Origin: Antedon mediterranea | Taxonomy: Eukaryota; Animalia; Echinodermata | Length of the DNA stretch: 64,000 nt | Assembly (NCBI RefSeq): GCF_964355755.1 | Contig: NC_092671.1 | Location: 18,848,001-18,912,000, forward strand | Direction: 5' to 3' | Shown here: positions 24,653 to 38,274 of the stretch, one piece after another | Numbering within the stretch: position 1 is the first letter of the stretch | Layout: the number at the start of each line of letters is the position of its first letter | Translations under genes and position numbers: made by a program | The notes under the pieces: model-generated | The model's input: only the letters and a program-made list of their open reading frames with translations | What the model was told of the DNA's origin: nothing | Databases searched by the model: none

Positions 24653-26640
24653 TTGAAGAAAGATAAATCTATTCTTATTCTCCCAGCGGATAAAGGTAGA
24701 TCTACTGTCATCCTAAATACTAATGATTACAAAGATAAAGTCGGAACCATGGTGAGCGACACTAATGTTTACGAACTGCTAAAACGTAATCCAACACAAA
24801 ACTATAAACGAAAAGTAGTCAACATCATAGGCAGGTTGTTCAAAGAAAAGAAAATCAACTACAGAGAGAAAGAATGGCTGTTTCCCACGGCTGAAATTGT
24901 ACCTAGGTTGTATTGTCTTCCGAAGATACATAAACCAAATTGGCCATTAAGACCTATAGTAGATAACATCAACACCGTTTTTTACACCGTTGCACAATTC
25001 CTCACCAAAATCCTGGGTCCCCTTGTCGGAAACACAGAACATCATGTAACTTACTCAGGAGAGTTAGCGAGTGAACTAAAAGAAATAATAGTCAAACCAA
25101 GTGAAACATTTGTCTCGTTTGACGTAGTATCTCTGTTTACAAAAACACCAGTAGAAGAAGCCCTCAAAGTTGTCGAGAATCGCCTAACAACAGATCCGAC
25201 ACTTCTGGATAGAACTAAACTACACGTGACAGACATAATGGAGCTCCTCGGTTTAATTGTGAACAAAACCTATTTCTCGTTCAATGGTAACATTTATAGG
25301 CAAATACAAGGCATTGCTATGGGAAGCCCAATAAGTCCTATATTGGCGAACTTGTATCTAGAGTGGCTCGAACATCAAGCCATAAACACGGCACCCACTA
25401 ACATCAAGCCTGTGTATTGGAAACGATACGTTGATGATGTATTAGCTATCATCCCCACAGGTACAGTACATACATTTAACGCACATCTTAATAACATCGA
25501 TATAACTGACATCAAATTCACCACAGAATCCATGACAAACAACACAATACCTTTCCTGGACATGCTCATCACACTCAATGACAACGGAACAGTTACCACC
25601 TCAGTCTATCGGAAGCCCACTCACACAGACCAATATTTACATTTCAACTCGCATCATCCAATCGAACACAAACTGGGGCTTATAAACACGCTTGTGGACA
25701 GAGCTGAGAAGGTAGTGGGAGATATGGATTTGAGGAAAGTTGAGATGGATAACATCAAGAAAGCGTTACAGAACTGCCAGTATCCAGAGTGGTCCTTCCA
25801 GAGAGTTATGGAAAACCGAAAAAGAAAAAAGAACAAAGGACATGAACCACAGAAGGAAAAGATCAAGATGAGAGGTAGCATAAGAATCCCCTATGTAAAA
25901 GGAATGGCAGAAAGAATACGACGCACTCTCTCCTATCACAATGTCGGAACCTATTTCCTACCCCAAACTAAAATCAAGAATAGCCTCGTCCACCCAAAAG
26001 ATAAAATCGAGAAGATGGATACATGTGGAGTAATCTACGAAGTCACCTGCCGCAACTGTCCTCAAGTTTACATTGGGGAAACAGGGAGGGCATTACAAAC
26101 ACGAATTAATTATCACAAAAAAGATGTTACAACAAACACGGGGGGAGTAATGACTAGGGCCTCCAGAACATCCACATCATCGATCATACACAAATTTGCC
26201 ATTACAGAACATGTCATAAAACACAATCATGTACGTAACCGAACTGGGAGGCTACCATCTTAACCAAAGAACCTAAACGCAAAGACAGACAGATTAGAGA
26301 ATCATTACATATAAGGAAAAATAAGGAGAAGACCATGAACCGGGACACTGGATCCCACGAACTCTCGCATTTGTACAATGATTTGATAGACACATCACCT
26401 GGCCGAGCCCCGCACAACCTCCAACCTACAACAACCGGAGGCGTACGACGTCATCAACAGATGACGTCAAGAATGACCAAGCTGCATTAACACTCCGCAG
26501 TCAGTTGAGAAGGATCTCTGATAGAGATCGAAACGTTCGAGTAAATACTCCGTTAACTTGTGCTTTTACAAAAACGAAATTTGTCATCTATACAAGTAAT
26601 AAGGTTAATAATATTTTAGAACTCACCAAAAGACTATAAT
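24653..26640 (+). mobile_element. Penelope-like retroelement (RT + GIY-YIG endonuclease), 5'-truncated
   Basis: 536-aa ORF 24653-26263: PADKG, LYCLPKIHK, PLRPIV, SFDVVSLFT, GIAMGSPISP, RYVDD, PFLD, VYRKPTHTDQYL, GVIYEVTCRNCPQVYIGETGR; C-terminus continues in a shifted frame (ESLHIRK...MNRDTG). Confidence 0.93.
26504..26538 (+). ncRNA. Atypical minimal hammerhead-ribozyme-like motif in Penelope 3' pLTR
   Basis: TTGAGAAG-GATCTC-TGATA-GAGATC-GAAACGTTC: perfect 6-bp stem II followed by GAAAC; first core box deviates from CUGANGA. Confidence 0.45.
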
Positions 26641-26749
26641 TTTCATAATAATATAGGGTGATTGGAACGCTTCAGGCATGTTTATAAGACATTAACTGCG
26701 AAGCCTGAAAGACACAATGGCCATAGCTTATAGAGAGGGGAAAAGGCCG

Positions 26750-27530
26750 TGTGGAGCCGTGAAATGTGCAAAAAGTCACATTTGTGCAAACAACCACATT
26801 TGTGCAAACATTTTACCTTCAAATGTGCAAACAACCACATTTGTGCAAACATTTTACCTTCAAATGTGCAAATCTGTAAAAATTCATTACCCGCAAATGT
26901 GCAAACATCACGCCGTTAAATGTAAAAACGATCAGTTTTGACGTTAAATGTGCAAAAGGTATTCTACAAATGTGCAAAGCATTTCTTCAACCAAACTCCT
27001 ATTCCATTTTATATTTCAGAGTAGAAATAACAATGGGGAAAAGAGTAGAATAAATCTAAAATGTTCAATATCATAATAACTAATTATAGTGTTGTATATT
27101 CTTCTACTATGTCAATGATTAGTAATATTAGTTTAACAGAATTGTTTAAGACATCAGTGACAGTCATGCTATCTTCTGAAAATTAATATTTTCTTGGAAT
27201 AGTAAATGGTTTTGAATGTATAGCATCATACTAATAAATGTTAAAACAATCATTTTTTGATTATTCGAGAAAAAAATACTGTAAAAAATTAATAATGGAA
27301 ATAATTTTATAATTCCTAACCCGTTATTTTTCTATCATTGTATACTCGTCTGAACTCTCCATCGAAATGTAAATGTGCATCAAATATTCCCATTCCAGAT
27401 TTTTTGGAAAGTGTGTGGAGAATTTATACGAGGACGAAATTATAAAGGAGCAGAAGAGTGGTATGTCGGAATAAACAATTAAACTGAACGTCCCCAAAAT
27501 GTGACTTTTTGCACATTTCACGGCTCCACA
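26750..27530. mobile_element. MITE with 34-bp perfect TIR and AAATGTGCAA subterminal repeats
   Basis: TGTGGAGCCGTGAAATGTGCAAAAAGTCACATTT inverted at 27497-27530; GGCCG duplicated on both flanks (or AGGCCGT if the termini are trimmed by 1 nt). Confidence 0.85.
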
Positions 27531-28523
27531 GGCCGTCCTTTAGAAATGGCAACTTGTACATAAACGGAAGTTTCCACTCTTAGTCTTAGGCAGCGCAGTC
27601 AAGTCAAACCTAACGTTATTATTATTATTTTATAACTAACATCACTTATTTAGTAGCTTTTTCTCCACATAATAATTTAAACGATATTTTATTTTTATCA
27701 CATTCGGTTAAACGTAGACGAGAGTAGACTACCATTGTTATAAATAAACTTGAAACTTGAACGAGTGCGCGCTCAACATCGTCCGATACTCCAAGCATAT
27801 TATGATATGCGCCCTCAACGGACTACATAAATCTTACAACACTAGTGGTGTATGAGTGGGGATCATTAGTTTTTGTTCCCCCTGAAGAGCCGAACATGAG
27901 GTCGGGTGGTGTCGATACCTCCCTGCCCAGCATCATTAGGTTGGGTGTAGATTGGGTACTTCGGCATACCGTGGCTCTAATAGCACTCGTTATCTGGGGA
28001 AGATATTTAACCCAGTCTTTTTTTTGTTTTCCCACAAAACACCGGACTGGATTCATCACAGTCAGGTTATAACGTTCCACCTTACCATTAGCTGAAGGAC
28101 GGTAGAGCGTGGTGTGGGTCTTATTAATTCGAATTTTGCAGACCTCCCTAAAGAGGTCACTCTCAAAGTTCGAACTTAGTCCGTTTAATACCTTTGTGGG
28201 CGGCAGATGGGAGATCATGATAAGCATGCATGGTTGTTTTTATTAAAGATTGTGGAAGAACAAGAGCCTTGAGCCTCTTGGATTTCAACTTGTTAGCTAA
28301 CATTTTACCTGTTTTTATCATTCGGAAAATTGAAAAAAATAAGTCCTGGATTGCTCTTTGCATTGCTTTTGCAATTAATTGCTGTACAGTATCTGCCTCT
28401 ACTTTTTTTTTATTTTATCCTTCATAATGTATGTAGATTTAGTTTCTTCCTCTATTCAAATGAATAAGTGATCGTCACGCTGTGAAAGTTCGAAACTTGT
28501 CTAAGCGTGAGGGCGCGCTACTT

Positions 28524-28900
28524 CTACGCTTTTCTAACCTCCTCAACTGCAGCACGTGCTGCAAATGCTTCACTGGTCTCGGATTTTATATTTGTGGCCT
28601 CTTTCTCCCGACCTATCAACTCTTCTATAGCACTCTCTGTTTCCGATAAAGGCGGTGGAGCGATACCCGACCCTCTAAGCTCGCGATTCAACTTTGTCTT
28701 TAATTTATCCTTCAGCAGATTCCAGCGATCCCTCACATTTCTTCCATCTAAGTTGAAGTCAACTATTGAAAGATTACTCGCAATGTCTTTCCATACTTTG
28801 CCACGTTGCTGTGTTCTTTCCCTAAACTGGAAAGGATCCAGTGTAATCATCTCCTTTACTAGCTGGTCATCTTTTTCTGAAGACCACTTTTTGGTCGGAG
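28524..28900 (-). pseudogene. Myb/SANT-like (trihelix/MADF-type) DNA-binding protein fragment, probably Harbinger-associated
   Basis: KKWSSEKDDQLVKEM...RGKVWKDIASNL...RNVRDRWNLLKDKLK...SG: three spaced Trp helices. Confidence 0.65.
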
Positions 28901-29159
28901 ATAGTTTTTTTGCTAAAAAAAGGATAAAAAATGTTTTTTGAGGTAGGCCTCCAACCAAGTCTAGGCCTAGTAGTAGTAGGCTAGTAATACTAAGCTAGGC
29001 CTAGTACTGTTAGGCTATTAGTAAGTAGCCTCCCTAGGCTGGCTAAAAAGTTGTTGTCCCGCATTTATGAACTTTATATATGCGCTCGCCACATCACCAT
29101 CTATCACGTCCTGAAATACTTTCATTCCACAAAATCCTAATTGATTTATTCACTTTTCC

Positions 29160-29400
29160 AAGCGGAGAGAATGCTTCATGAAATTGTATCATTCTTCGTG
29201 TAAATTGGCATTGCTTTCACCCCGGTATTCTTGGGAACATAATACTGTTTTGCATGTCGACAGAAACAATCTCTTCGTTGTTTTCTTTTGGTCGATCCCT
29301 ATCTTGTCTATAGAATGTTCTTGAAATGTTTGCATTTTTTATGTGAATATCGTGGTTCTTGCAAATGGTACAGTTCTGGCGGTCTTTATCCGAGTCATGA
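29160..29400 (-). mobile_element. Sola-like DDE transposase fragment
   Basis: CTICKNHDIH...SVDMQNSIMFPRIPG*KQCQFTRRMIQFHEAFSP resembles the DLQKV..LP...F.R.L block of Sola-type transposases. Confidence 0.45.
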
Positions 29401-30799
29401 TTGAACTGCTTTATGTTCTGTTTATTCCGTGCAATACTCACATTGCTCTGTCCCTAATTTAACAAAACTGATTTTAAGTTGTTTAATTATTGTTCTGTAC
29501 TTTTCATATTTGCATATTGTTATAAAAAAGGCGATTTCTGTTAAGCCTATATTACATAGCAGCACATAAAAATGTCCATCAATTCGCCTACATTAATAAT
29601 AATTATATTATCAGGTAAGCCGAATAAATAATAATTCGTCTTTCTTCGAGCCGATTCACCAGCATATAGGCCTAAGTGGATAAATACCACAACAATAGAG
29701 GGCGCACACTTTAACAACTTGGCTACCTTTAAATATGAGTTCACCATTAAACGATATTTCGTCACCATAGTTACAGTAGTCGATTATTTTTTGGCAATCT
29801 TTGCGTTTTTCATGCTATACTTTGTTTTCATCATTTAATCGAAGGAGCTGTTTTAGCGTTTCATCTTTAGCTAACTAGGCCTCTATCAGTTCAGTTTTAT
29901 TCGGTTCACTCAAACAAGACAAACACAACATAGAAAAAGCACAAGATAACAATAGTAATAGAATGAACCCAGGAATAACCCAAGAAAGTTTAAAAGAAAA
30001 CTTATTTCCATTGGGGTCCTCAGACATAAAAATAACACTGATAATTGCACTTAATACGCCCTATGACTACTAAAAAGTTAAAAAATTGTGCTATAACCAT
30101 AATATGTATGATTAAACAGGTATTTTGATATAAAATGTAATACATATTTAAAATTTAGTTAAAATATTGCAATGTTTAAACGTTTAATTGCACCTAATAC
30201 AATTGCCTAAAGTTTAAAAATGTATAAATACTGTACATAACTGTTACACAGGTATTCTTTCAGATAATTTGATTTTTAATTTTAATAATGATTTTACATT
30301 ATATTTAAAACTGTTTAAGTATTGCAATTTTTAATATTAATAGGAAGTGCATTCCAATATTTTATACTATTGTAATAAAATGTATTTTGTACATTACCAT
30401 GAGGAATTCTGAAATTGTTGTTACTGTGCCTTGTATTGTATCCATGCGTATCGCAATCTGACTATCTTTTTCCACAAATTCGACAAAATCATCAAATGTA
30501 ACAGTCCGGAATTTCTCCCCCTGTATTTAGTCTGTTGTAGTAGTCTCTAAGCATATATGGTAACTTTTGTACTAGGGTTTGGATATTTTTGGTGTGGTTG
30601 AGCTCACTAAATAAATCTCAAGACTAATTGGTTACCAATACATTTATTGAGCAATACTATTGTAGCCAATGAACAAAAGGTGAAGAGGCTTTAAATTCAA
30701 TAGATATGCCTATATCAATATACACTCCATACGCTAGTACATAGGTGTCATAATGGCAATTAATTAATATGCATAGGTTATTCTCTACTCACAGAGATA

Positions 30800-33030
30800 C
30801 TTCAAGTTCAAGTTCAAGTTAAAATTTATTGTCAAATACACAGTAAATGAAATTTGCCTTCCAAGGTTCAAATTACAATAAAAATAACAACAGTTAAAAA
30901 CATACAATACTATACAATGGATAAGATAATATATAAGAAAATATACTATGTATAAAATATTATGAACAGTATAAATATTAAAATACTATATAAAGAATAA
31001 AATATAAAACGTCTCAAGTTATCTTTTAAATTGCTTGTTGTATTGCCTGATTGCACACGGAAGAAATGATTTATTATGACGCTCAGTCTTCTTAATTGAA
31101 GGAATCATCCTTCCGGATCTACTGAAATTTATAAAGTTAAAAAGAGGATGAGACTGGTCGTTAGTTATACATTTTAGATTTTTCTTCATAACCTTATCGC
31201 ATATATCATGGATAGATGGGACGTTTGCACCTATTACCTTCTTAGCCATTTTTATTATTCTCTGTAATTTATTTGGGTTATACTTAGATAAACTATTTAG
31301 CCATACAATACAGCAAAATGTTAATATGGACTGTATCACCTCTGCCAATCTTAAAGTTTCTTAATTTCCTTAAGAAGTACAATCTTTGGTTTGCCTTCGC
31401 ATAGACTTTGGCAGTGTTGGCGTTCCATGACAGTTTTTCATCTATCCATACTCCTAAATATTTATGTTCACTAGTTGTGCGGACATCATTATCTTTGATA
31501 TTTAATTATATTATTAACTTCAGTTCTATACGTGCTCTCATCATTGTTTACAATTAAGCCTGTGATACAGGTGTCATCAGCAAATTTAACTATTTGACAT
31601 GATTCACTTCTAAGGTCGCTTGTATATAATGTGAACAACAATGGAGATAACACGCATCCCTGTGGGGCACCGGTGTTTGAAACAATGATATCAGACAAAA
31701 CATTATCAATTCTAACACGCTGGGTTCTGTTTTTCAAGAAATCTCTGATCCATAGACAAACAAAAGGATTAACATTCATACTAACTAATTTATCAAGAAG
31801 TATGTTTGGTTTCATTGAATTGTGAAAGCCGAAGAAAAATCTAAAAATAAAATAAAATATTGCCTAGGTTTATCCAAAGTTTCATAGATTGAATGCAAGA
31901 GGGTAGTTATTGCATCGTCGACACATCTATTACTACAGTATGCAAACTGATTATTATCAACAAAAGGCAAGGTTTCTTTAATCAATACATCTTTAAATAG
32001 CCTCTCAAAGCACTTTGTAATAATTTGGGTTAGAGCAACAGGACGATAATCATTTAATATTTTCGGCTTAGGTACTTTATTTATTGAGGCTATTATTGAA
32101 TACTTCCACATGCATGGGACACAAGAAGAGCTTAACGACCAGTTAAATAATCTACAAAAGATAGGCGCAAGTTGTTTATAGCATGACTTTAAAATATTGC
32201 CACTGACCCAGCTGCTTTATTTGGCTTAACACCCTTAAATACTTTCTCAACTGAAAGCAGATCAAATTCAGGTACATCAGATTTGGTTGTATTTAACTCT
32301 AGGTTCAGTTTAACATCATTATCATTAGTATTATTAATTTGGTCATCATTATCAAATCTGTTAAAAAATATATTTAGTTTATTTGCAAAGTCCAATGGTC
32401 GGGATCCGGATGGAACTATTGTTGGGTTCTGCCTTTTCGCGTTTCCAATAACTTTCTTTAATCCATTCCATGCTTGCTTGGTGTTGCCGCTATCAAAATC
32501 ATTCTTTATTTTCTCTCCAAATTTGCGTTTGGCATCATTAATTCGCTTTTTCATTAACTTCTGAATACGCTTCTTTTCCATAACATCATTATTGCGAACA
32601 GCTTGTTGTTTTTGCTGTAAAAGTTCTCGGATATCCTTAGTGACCCATGGTTTACTATTTGGATAAATGTTTATTTCCTTCTTTTTAATGATGCTAGACT
32701 CACAAAAAATAATGTATTCAACAATTGTTTCCATAGTGGCGTCAATAGAATCTGTATTCATAAACACATCCCAATTCGTAGCTTCAAGACATCCTTTAAA
32801 TTCCTCCATACTATCATTTGTCCACACTTTGATTTCCTTGACCATTGGTTTACTTTGTTTTAACTTTTGTTTATAAGCTGGTATTAAATGAATCATCTTG
32901 TGATCTGATTTACCAAGACCTGCCTTACGACTTGTACGCGTTCTTTATGTTGCCGTAACAACAATCAAGTATTTTGTCACCGCGTGTGGGAAAGTCTACG
33001 TACTGATAATAATTCGAAACCTTCTTGAGG
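30800..33030 (-). mobile_element. Rex1/Babar-like LINE (APE C-terminus + RT), frameshifted, with (CTTGAA)n tail
   Basis: PTRGDKILDCCYGN, SDHKMIHLIPAYKQKLK, LNDYRPVALT, FLDFSSAF, GAPQGCVLSPLLFTLYT, KFADD, KSFLPCAIR; TTCAAG x3 at 30801-30818. Confidence 0.88.
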
Positions 33031-33706
33031 TCGCATTGGTTTCTTTTTTGATCGAGCTTCGTTAAAATCAAATTGTAAATTTTAGTCCCATCATCGGGTT
33101 TGTTCTTCATTCTTCCAAAGGGACTTGTATTGATTGATATGATGTCAGGAGAAGAGTGTCCTGATCCCACAGTTAATTATTTCTTTACTTGGTTACTAAT
33201 GACCTACTTTTTGAATAGAATGCCAATATGCTTGCAATTTAGGGACAATCTTTGTTTTAATAGGTATTCAAGGATTTGCCAGAAAATGTACATTAAGTTA
33301 TTCAAGTTATAGTTCAAGTACTTTAAGTCTTCCATGGCATTTTTGCACTCAGAAATAATGAAAAGTTGCTTAAAGCACTCGCATCTTCTGAACGAAATTA
33401 TTGCTTGAGTCTTTTCTATTTAGGCTTCCGTCATTTTCTATTTGTTTCAAAGCTTTTGGCGATCGCCTTTCTCGCCTCCTTGTAGCCACTGAATCCTTCT
33501 AGGTGCATGTAACTTCGTAAATTATTTACATCCCCAACGGCGAACTGTTCTAAGTAAACTTACGTTTTACCGATGCACTGTCTGGAACTGAAGAAGAACA
33601 TCAAAAACACTGAAAAAAAACCAAAAATTAATTGAGGTTGGATAAGACTGTTAAAATCAAGATCATCTGTCAACATTTTTTAATTACATTGAATACCCCC
33701 TGAGTA

Positions 33707-36700
33707 CACAGCAAAATTCTGATTCTTGTTTTAAGAAAAAAAAAACTTGTTTCAAGCAAAATATTTCTTGAAACAAGTAAATTTTGACTTGTCCGTATTT
33801 CAATACTTTTTGGCTTACCAAGAATCGTAAAATTCTTAACAAGAATCACACAAATTCTTATCAAGAAAATTATTCTTACCAAGAAATAATACTTTAAAAA
33901 CAATATTCTTACCAAGAATTTAATTGCTTTTTTCATTCTTGTTTTAAGCAGTATCTGCCTTAAAATAAGTAACAATTTATCGATTTTTTAAAACAGAATT
34001 CTGGTTTCAAGCAATATTTTTCTTAAAATAAGTAAGAATATTCCGATTTGTATTTTTTTGAATTCTTGTTTCAAGCAATATATTTCTTAAAATAAGTAAG
34101 AATATTCCGATTTGTATTTTATAGAATTCTTGTTTCAAGCAATATATTTCTTAAAATAAGTAAGAATATTCCGATTTGTATTTTTTTGAATTCTTGTTTC
34201 AAGCAAGATATTTCTTAAAATAAGTAAGAATATTCCGATTTGTATTTTATAGAATTCTTGTTTCAAGCAATATATTTCTTAAAATAAGTAAGAATATTCC
34301 GATTTGTATTTTTTTGAACTCTTGTTTCAAGCAAGATATTTCTTAAAATAAGTAAGAATATTCCGATTTTTATTTTTTGAATTCTTGTTTCAAGCAATAT
34401 TTTTCTTAAAATAAGTAAGAATATTCCGATTTGTATTTTTTGAATTCTTGTTTCAAGCAATATTTTTCTTAAAATAAGTAAGAATATTCCGATTTGTATT
34501 TTTTGAATTCTTGTTTCAAGCAATTTTTTTCTTAATATAAGTAAGAATATTCCGATTTGTATTTTTTGAATTCTTGTTTCAAGCAAAATATTTCTTAAAA
34601 TAAGTAAGAATATTCCGATTTTTATTTGTAGAATTCTTGTTTCAAGCAATATTTTTCTTAAAATAAGTAAGAATATTCCGATTTGTATTTTTTAGAATTC
34701 TTGTTTTAAGCAATATTTTTCTTAAAATAAGTAAGAATATTCCGATTTTTAATTTTAATATTCTTGTTTCAAGCAATATATTTCTTAAAATAAGTAAGAA
34801 TATTCCGATTTGTATTTTTTGAATTCTTGTTTCAAGCAATATTTTTCTTAAAATAAGTAAGAATATTCCGATTTGTATTTTTTGAATTCTTGTTTCAAGC
34901 AATATTTTTCTTAAAATAAGTAAGAATATTCCGATTTCTATTTTTTGAATTCTTGTTTCAAGCAATATATTTCTTAAAATAAGTAAGAATAATCCGATTT
35001 TTATTTGTAGAATTCTTGTTTCAAGCAATATTTTTCTTAAAATAAGTAAGAATATTCCGGTTTGTATTTTTTAGAATTCTTGTTTTAAGCCATATTTTTC
35101 TTAAAATAAGTAAGAATATTCCGATTTATATTTTTAGTTTTCTTGTTTCAACCAATATATTTCTTAAAATAAGTAAGAATATTCCGATTTTTATTTGTAG
35201 AAATCTTGTTTCAAGCAAAACTTTTTTTAAAATAAGTAAACAAGAAGTCTATCAAATAAAAACCAGTAAATGTTTACTTATTTTAAGAAAAGTATTGCTT
35301 GAAACAAGAATTCTATCAAATTAAAATTCGTAAATTCTTACTTATATTGGGAAAAAATTGCTTGAAACAAGAATTCTATAAAATATAAATCATTAAAAAT
35401 TTATTTTAAGAACGATAAATGAATACTCATTTTAAGTAATATTTTACTTAAACAAATAAATTCAAGAATGTTATAAAACATAATATTAACAATACTGTTA
35501 TTTTCATTAAGAACTACAATTTACATGACATTAGGTACAATAATATATACAACTTCTTTAAAACAAACTTGTTTTTATTAATAATAAAATGCCATCAAAA
35601 GAAAACTTAAAAACATTAAAATGGTAAAATACAAATTTCGTAAAATTCTTCTCCCGCACCTGGGCTTTAAACTATTAGGTGTCTTTAAATTTATTAATGT
35701 ATACTAATTATGATTCAACAGCCTTTGTCAAGTGTACAGGTGTGTTTTCATCACAAATCACTAACTGTTAAAGGATAGTGAGGCCTACTTCTTTTCATTT
35801 TGGATAATAATCGAAATCCAGAAGGTAAAAAGTGGAGAGGAGAGTAACTAGAGCCTCATCTAATTTTGCTTTCTTTGTAGTTAGAATTGTTTGCTAAACT
35901 TTAATGTAGGCCATTTCTGTGTCCAAAAGCAATACCGGCATATTACCTGATCGGCGTGAAGACCAGGATTCTGGATCTTTATTCATGTTCCTAAACATGA
36001 AAAGAGATTAATATAGTTTTAGTTATTACTGTATTTAAAATATGTGTAACATCATCAACTAATTGGGTACGGTGTGGTTTTAGAGTCCTATATCTGGGGC
36101 GGTAACCACAAAAACATGACGCAATATTAGAACGGTGGTAAGAATAATTTTACATTATAAGACATAAAGGGTGGGTGGAATATGCATTTGAACTTTTTAA
36201 TCACAAACTTTGCCCTGTTTATACCGATCCCAAAGACAGGCCTGGCTGTATCTATTATTTTTAGTTAAATTATTAGAGTCTAAATTTATTTTTAATATTA
36301 CTATTTAGGAAGACAATACGCAAAACGGTGCTCAATCCTGATTGATGTTTTTATTCCGTATCAATGTTTATAATAACAATCATACAATTAAATGTAAATT
36401 TTGTTTAATTGTTTGATTTTAATAAATTATTGTAAACATAGTATATACCTCGAATTTTAAGCTAAGATAAATTTGATTTTAAAAAAACACTTTAAGATAT
36501 TTTTTTTTAATGTACATACTGTAATGTTACTTGTATTTTAAATTTTTTAAAACACTAAATACCTTCAAGGTCGGCAGACTTTTTTTGATGAGTTTTTCCC
36601 AACAAATATGTTTGACAGATTTGACAACATATGGATTATCTTTGAACCTAACCAAAAATAACAAATTGAAAACATTATATTATATAAATTTATTTAAATG

Positions 36701-38274
36701 AGTGGAATAATGTATGGACATAAACTTGATATACTGTAGCTCAAATTTTTAATAATGTAGCCTACAGTTTTGTAGGTGGTCAATGTAAAAGGAAGGGGAA
36801 AGGGTGGGCTGGCCAGGAGAGCATTAATATGTCAAAAATTAATATTCATAAGTCATTTATTTAATTTTAGTTGTCAAAGGGAGGAGTGCATGACACTAGC
36901 TTGAGTCGAACCAGGCTGTTAAAAATACGTACACAATATGTACACGTATTTTCCTCACTACCATTGGTCCATTATAAAACTATTTATGAATAGATAAAAG
37001 TACAAAAACATACACTGTACTTACCAGATGGAGGACTGGTGTTTCTCTTTAAAATACCAAAATAAACTATATTATTCTCTTCTTTGGAAAAATTTGCTAA
37101 GCACTTTTTTAAAAAGCTTTCTTTTGTATTTCATTCCTCTTTGCCTAGTAATAATTAGTATCCTTCGAACTTCTTCAATTACCTAACAAATAATTTAAGA
37201 TATTGTAAATAACACAGTTTTTTAAAAAGAAATTTAATATAACAATTTTAGTTATGCAGTACGTATGTTTTTTGTTTGTTTTTTTAGTATGTTTTTTTTT
37301 AATTTAGAGTTAAAAACATTAAGTTTCAATATCGATGTGATCACTTCGGGGATTACTTAGTGTGTACAATTAATTAAATATAAAGAAGTGTTTTTAAATG
37401 TCATTATATTTCTCATTGGAATATGTGTATATAATATAATCCTTCGTAGATATTTCATGGCTACATTACAAAATAACTGTTACAGTATAATTGTATTATC
37501 TATTATTAGGCCTTCCTTACACCTAGCTGAAATAGGTCCGACAATATTTGTCCCCTCTGTCAATGTCTGAACTAAAATGCTAAGCTAAACCTATACACCT
37601 GTCTTGATTTCTTATTTTAAGTAAAATAGTTTTCAAATTAAGTATTTTCAAATCTTGTTTTAAGCAAAACTATTCTTACTAAGAAGAGAATGATATTGAC
37701 TTCTTATTTTAAGTAAAATATTTCTTGTAATAAGCATTTTCAAGAATATTGCGAATCTTGATTCAAGTAAAAATAATCTTGATAAGGGTAGTGTGAAATT
37801 GACTTCTTATTTTAAGTAAAATATTTCTCAAAACAAGTATTTTCAAGACTATTGCGAAACCTAATTTAAGAAACTTTGTCTTACCTAGAAAAATATTTAT
37901 TGTTTTAAGTAATTTTTATAATTCATCAATCTTGATTTAAGAAAAATTATTCTTGATAGGGATAAATATAATATAGATTTCTTATTTTAAGTAAAATACT
38001 TTTCAAATTAAGTATTTTCAAATCTTGTTTTAAGCAAAACTATTCTTAATAAGAAGAGAATGATATTGACTTCTTATTTTAAGTAAAATATTTCTTGTAA
38101 TAAGCATTTTCAAGAATATTGCAAAACTTAATTTAAGAAAATGTGTCTTTTCTAGAAAATTATTTCTTGTTGTAAGTAATTTTAAATCTTGACAAGAAAA
38201 AAAAAACTTATTTTAAGAATTTTTTCTTAAAACAAGATTTTTTTTTCTTGCTTAGAATTTCAAATTTTGCTGTG
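33707..38274 (-). mobile_element. CACTA/EnSpm-type non-autonomous element with internal satellite and ORF2 remnant
   Basis: 12-bp TIR CACAGCAAAATT / AATTTTGCTGTG with TA flanks; subterminal CTTATTTTAAG/TTCTTG repeats in both orientations; minus-strand remnant LDEALVTLLSTFYLLDFDYYPK (~35790-35870) resembles animal EnSpm second-gene products. Confidence 0.75.
33996..35235. repeat. 63-bp tandem repeat, ~19-20 copies
   Basis: Unit GAATTCTTGTTTCAAGCAATATTTTTCTTAAAATAAGTAAGAATATTCCGATTTGTATTTTTT; creates spurious 21-aa-periodic ORFs. Confidence 0.95.

Larger units (their letters stand above)
24199..27841. mobile_element. TG...CA bounded insertion (probable solo LTR carrying nested Penelope and MITE) with 5-bp TSD
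   Basis: Starts TGTAGAAAT, ends TTACAACA; CTAGT at 24194-24198 and 27842-27846; interrupts an integrase reading frame. Confidence 0.7.
22630..28280 (-). mobile_element. Gypsy element copy A: integrase (28280-27842 + 24198-~23930, split by an insertion) and downstream GC-rich extra ORF (23894-~22630)
   Basis: LVLPQSLIKTTMHAYHDLPSAAHKG (HHCC), NGKVERYNLTVMNPVRCFVGK...PNLMMLGREV; removing 24199-27841 and one TSD restores HSYTTSLVEHIMKVAYDIVRTHL...YDLKLLERTYAVGDKVYV; clearly paralogous to the element at 53310-58080. Confidence 0.75.

Noticed and set aside
33996-35235. CRISPR-like array or repetitive 21-aa proteins (ORFs 34263-34649, 34642-35028)
   Set aside because: Units are head-to-tail with no unique spacers and no cas genes; eukaryotic context; the ORFs are artefacts of a 63-bp period.
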